From contig CAZHTW010000001.1 in NCBI GenBank assembly GCA_964535865.1, positions 4,599 to 68,598 of the forward strand: a stretch of DNA of 64,000 nt, read 5' to 3'. Numbering within the stretch: the first letter of the stretch is position 1; the number at the start of each line of letters is the position of its first letter. The notes beneath the pieces were generated by a model. The model did no database searches. It saw nothing but the letters and a program-made list of their open reading frames with translations, and had not been told where the DNA came from. Positions 61,747 to 64,000 of the stretch are shown in pieces. The stretch is from an uncultured Sandarakinorhabdus sp. GTDB lineage: Bacteria > Pseudomonadota > Alphaproteobacteria > Sphingomonadales > Sphingomonadaceae. The position numbers were made by a program, and so were the translations under genes.

Positions 61747-61952
61747 GGCGGGATTCCTACTCCACTATTGCCGCGCGCCCAAGCGGGACATGATGTCATC
61801 ACCCCCTCACGCCCTGCCTGCTTGACCGCGGGCCCGGCATGATTCATCCTTTGTTCGCTGTGCCTGCAATCAGGCCAGCAGCGATTCGCCCGGCATGGCA
61901 GACCGGGCACGATTTTGCGGCCACCAGATTTCAGGCAAAGGGCAGGCAGCAC

Positions 61953-64000
61953 ATGGCAACCCGGGCAGCAGGCGCCGCGTCCCCCCGGCAGCGGGCCACC
62001 CCACCGCAAGGCCGGATGGCGGCGCTGGCGGCGCGCACGCGGGTGGGGCTGGCGCTGGCGCTGCGCCGGCTGTTGCGCCTGGCCGGCGGCGGCCTGATCG
62101 CGGCGGCCGGGCTGGCGCTGGCGGCGGCCCTGATCAGTTATGATCCGGCCGATCCATCCTTCAACACCGCCACCGCGCGCAGCGCCGGCAACTGGCTGGG
62201 CGATGCCGGCGCCCATCTGTCTGATGTCTTGCTGCAGCTGGCCGGTTGGCCGATCCTGTTGCTGGTGCCGGCGATCCTGCTGGCGGGCTGGCGGGTGGCG
62301 CGCGAACAACCGGTGCCGCTCGCGCACATGACCGGCCTCACGCTGGCGGGCATTGTTGCACTCTCGGCAGCGACCGGCGGATTCGATCTGCCTGCCGCCA
62401 GCGCGCCGGCCGGGCCGGGCGGCCTGATCGGCCAGGGGCTGGCCGGCGTGGCCGATGCGCTGGCCAGCCGGCCGGAACTGGATGGCGTGCCGGTGGGGCT
62501 GGTGCTGGCGCTGTTGCTGCTGCCGCTGGGGGCCACGCTGGTGGCGCTGGGCACCGCGATCAGCGCCGATGCCGTGGCCGATGGGGTGGCCTGGCTGCGC
62601 GGCCTTGCCGGCGGCGCTGATGCCGATGCCGAAGAGCCCGCCGATGATGGCAGCCTGCCGCTGCCCAAACCGGTGTTGCGTCGCCGCGCCGCCGGCGATG
62701 CTGATGAAGGCGAAGCGCCCGGTGCCATTGTCAGCCCCGGCCCCAATGTCGTGGAGCCGGCGGCCGCCGCCTCCCGTCGCCCGCCGCGCGCCCGGCAGCA
62801 ATCGCTCGATCTGGGTGATGCGGCGGTGCTGCCCGGCCTCGATCTGCTGCGCCCCGCGCCCACCGGCCCGCGCGCCCGCATCGATGCCGCGGCGCTGGAA
62901 CAGAATGCCCGCCTGCTGGAAGGCGTGCTCGAAGATTTCGGCGTGCGCGGCCGCATCGGCGAAGTGCGACCCGGTCCGGTGGTCACCATGTATGAACTGG
63001 AACCGGCGCCGGGCATCAAGGCCAGCCGGGTGATCGGCCTGGCCGATGATATCGCCCGGTCGATGTCGGCACTGTCTGCCCGTGTGGCAGTGGTGCCCGG
63101 CCGCAACGTGATTGGCATCGAACTGCCGAACCAGACGCGGGAAACCGTGTCCCTGTCGGAACTGTTGGGCAGCGCCAGCTTTGAAGGCCGCGGCGTGACC
63201 CTGCCGCTGGTGCTGGGCAAGGATATCGCCGGCGATCCGGTGGTGGCCGATCTGGCGCCGATGCCGCACCTGCTGATCGCCGGCACCACCGGGTCGGGCA
63301 AATCGGTGGGCCTCAACGCGATGATCCTGTCGCTGTTGTATCGCATGACCCCGGCTGAATGCCGGTTGATCATGATCGATCCCAAGATGCTCGAACTCAA
63401 GATGTATGACGGGATCCCGCATCTGCTGGCGCCCGTCGTCACCGATCCGCCGAAAGCCATCCGCGCGCTGAAATGGGCGGTGGAGCAGATGGAGGACCGC
63501 TATCGCAAGATGAGCGAGCTCAACGTCCGCTCACTCGCCAGCTTCAACCAGAAGGTGCGGGACGCCAAGGCGGCCGGCAAGCCGTTTGTGCGCCGTGTGC
63601 AAACCGGGTGGGACCCGGAAACCGAACTGCCGATCATCGAGGAAGAACGGCTGGATTTCGAACCGCTGCCCCTGGTGGTGGTGGTGGTGGACGAGCTGGC
63701 CGATCTGATGATGACGGCCGGCAAGGAAGTGGAATTCCTGATTCAGCGCCTGGCGCAAAAGGCCCGCGCCGCCGGCATCCACCTGATCATGGCAACGCAG
63801 CGCCCATCGGTGGATGTGATCACCGGCGTCATCAAGGCCAATCTGCCCACCCGCATCAGCTTTCAGGTGACCAGCAAGATCGATTCGCGCACCATCCTGG
63901 GCGAACCCGGCGCCGAGCAATTGCTGGGCAAGGGCGACATGCTGTGGATGTCTGGCGGCAAGCTGGTGCGCGTGCACGGCCCGTTTGTTTCGGATGAAGA
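61953..64000 (+). CDS. ftsK: DNA translocase FtsK (3' truncated; absent from the ORF track because there is no stop in the window)
   Basis: Translated by hand: [12 protein letters not shown]-terminal TM helices, [51 protein letters not shown]. Confidence 0.97.
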   Translation, partial: MATRAAGAASPRQRATPPQGRMAALAARTRVGLALALRRLLRLAGGGLIAAAGLALAAALISYDPADPSFNTATARSAGNWLGDAGAHLSDVLLQLAGWPILLLVPAILLAGWRVAREQPVPLAHMTGLTLAGIVALSAATGGFDLPAASAPAGPGGLIGQGLAGVADALASRPELDGVPVGLVLALLLLPLGATLVALGTAISADAVADGVAWLRGLAGGADADAEEPADDGSLPLPKPVLRRRAAGDADEGEAPGAIVSPGPNVVEPAAAASRRPPRARQQSLDLGDAAVLPGLDLLRPAPTGPRARIDAAALEQNARLLEGVLEDFGVRGRIGEVRPGPVVTMYELEPAPGIKASRVIGLADDIARSMSALSARVAVVPGRNVIGIELPNQTRETVSLSELLGSASFEGRGVTLPLVLGKDIAGDPVVADLAPMPHLLIAGTTGSGKSVGLNAMILSLLYRMTPAECRLIMIDPKMLELKMYDGIPHLLAPVVTDPPKAIRALKWAVEQMEDRYRKMSELNVRSLASFNQKVRDAKAAGKPFVRRVQTGWDPETELPIIEEERLDFEPLPLVVVVVDELADLMMTAGKEVEFLIQRLAQKARAAGIHLIMATQRPSVDVITGVIKANLPTRISFQVTSKIDSRTILGEPGAEQLLGKGDMLWMSGGKLVRVHGPFVSDE

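Noticed and set aside
761-63460. Many long alternative-frame and antisense ORFs (e.g. 17438-19813 -, 25031-27364 -, 61743-63422 -)
   Set aside because: Shadow ORFs of well-supported genes, expected at high GC; no recognisable motifs

Overview
GC-rich alphaproteobacterial chromosomal segment; gene content and order suggest Sphingomonadales (inference). Housekeeping genes include ftsH-tilS-cpoB-rodZ, typA, folE, rpe-purH, hisG-hisD, mmsA/mmsB, tRNA-Gly(GCC), cnoX, a UbiH-family hydroxylase and a partial ftsK. The most notable part is a ~21 kb accessory locus (10.3-31.3 kb). It is an alpha-glucan (starch/maltodextrin) utilisation system: LacI repressor, TonB-dependent receptor, two GH13, one GH97, a Tat-exported esterase, an SSS sugar symporter and zwf-glk-eda. 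Embedded in it are two flavin-dependent 'tryptophan' halogenase paralogs with intact catalytic motifs and a cation/H+ antiporter, with a flavin monooxygenase transcribed divergently. A GCATACGTATGC-type palindrome occurs in front of both halogenase-containing operons, suggesting one sugar-controlled regulon with an unexplained halogenation activity. Also present: a beta-helix/diheme cytochrome gene pair, tandem S9 peptidases, a rearranged valine-catabolism operon carrying orphan genes, and REP/CIR-like intergenic repeats. No integrase, transposase, prophage or CRISPR array was seen. All calls come from motif recognition by eye; no database searches were run. Some start codons were moved from the ORF track and are best guesses.
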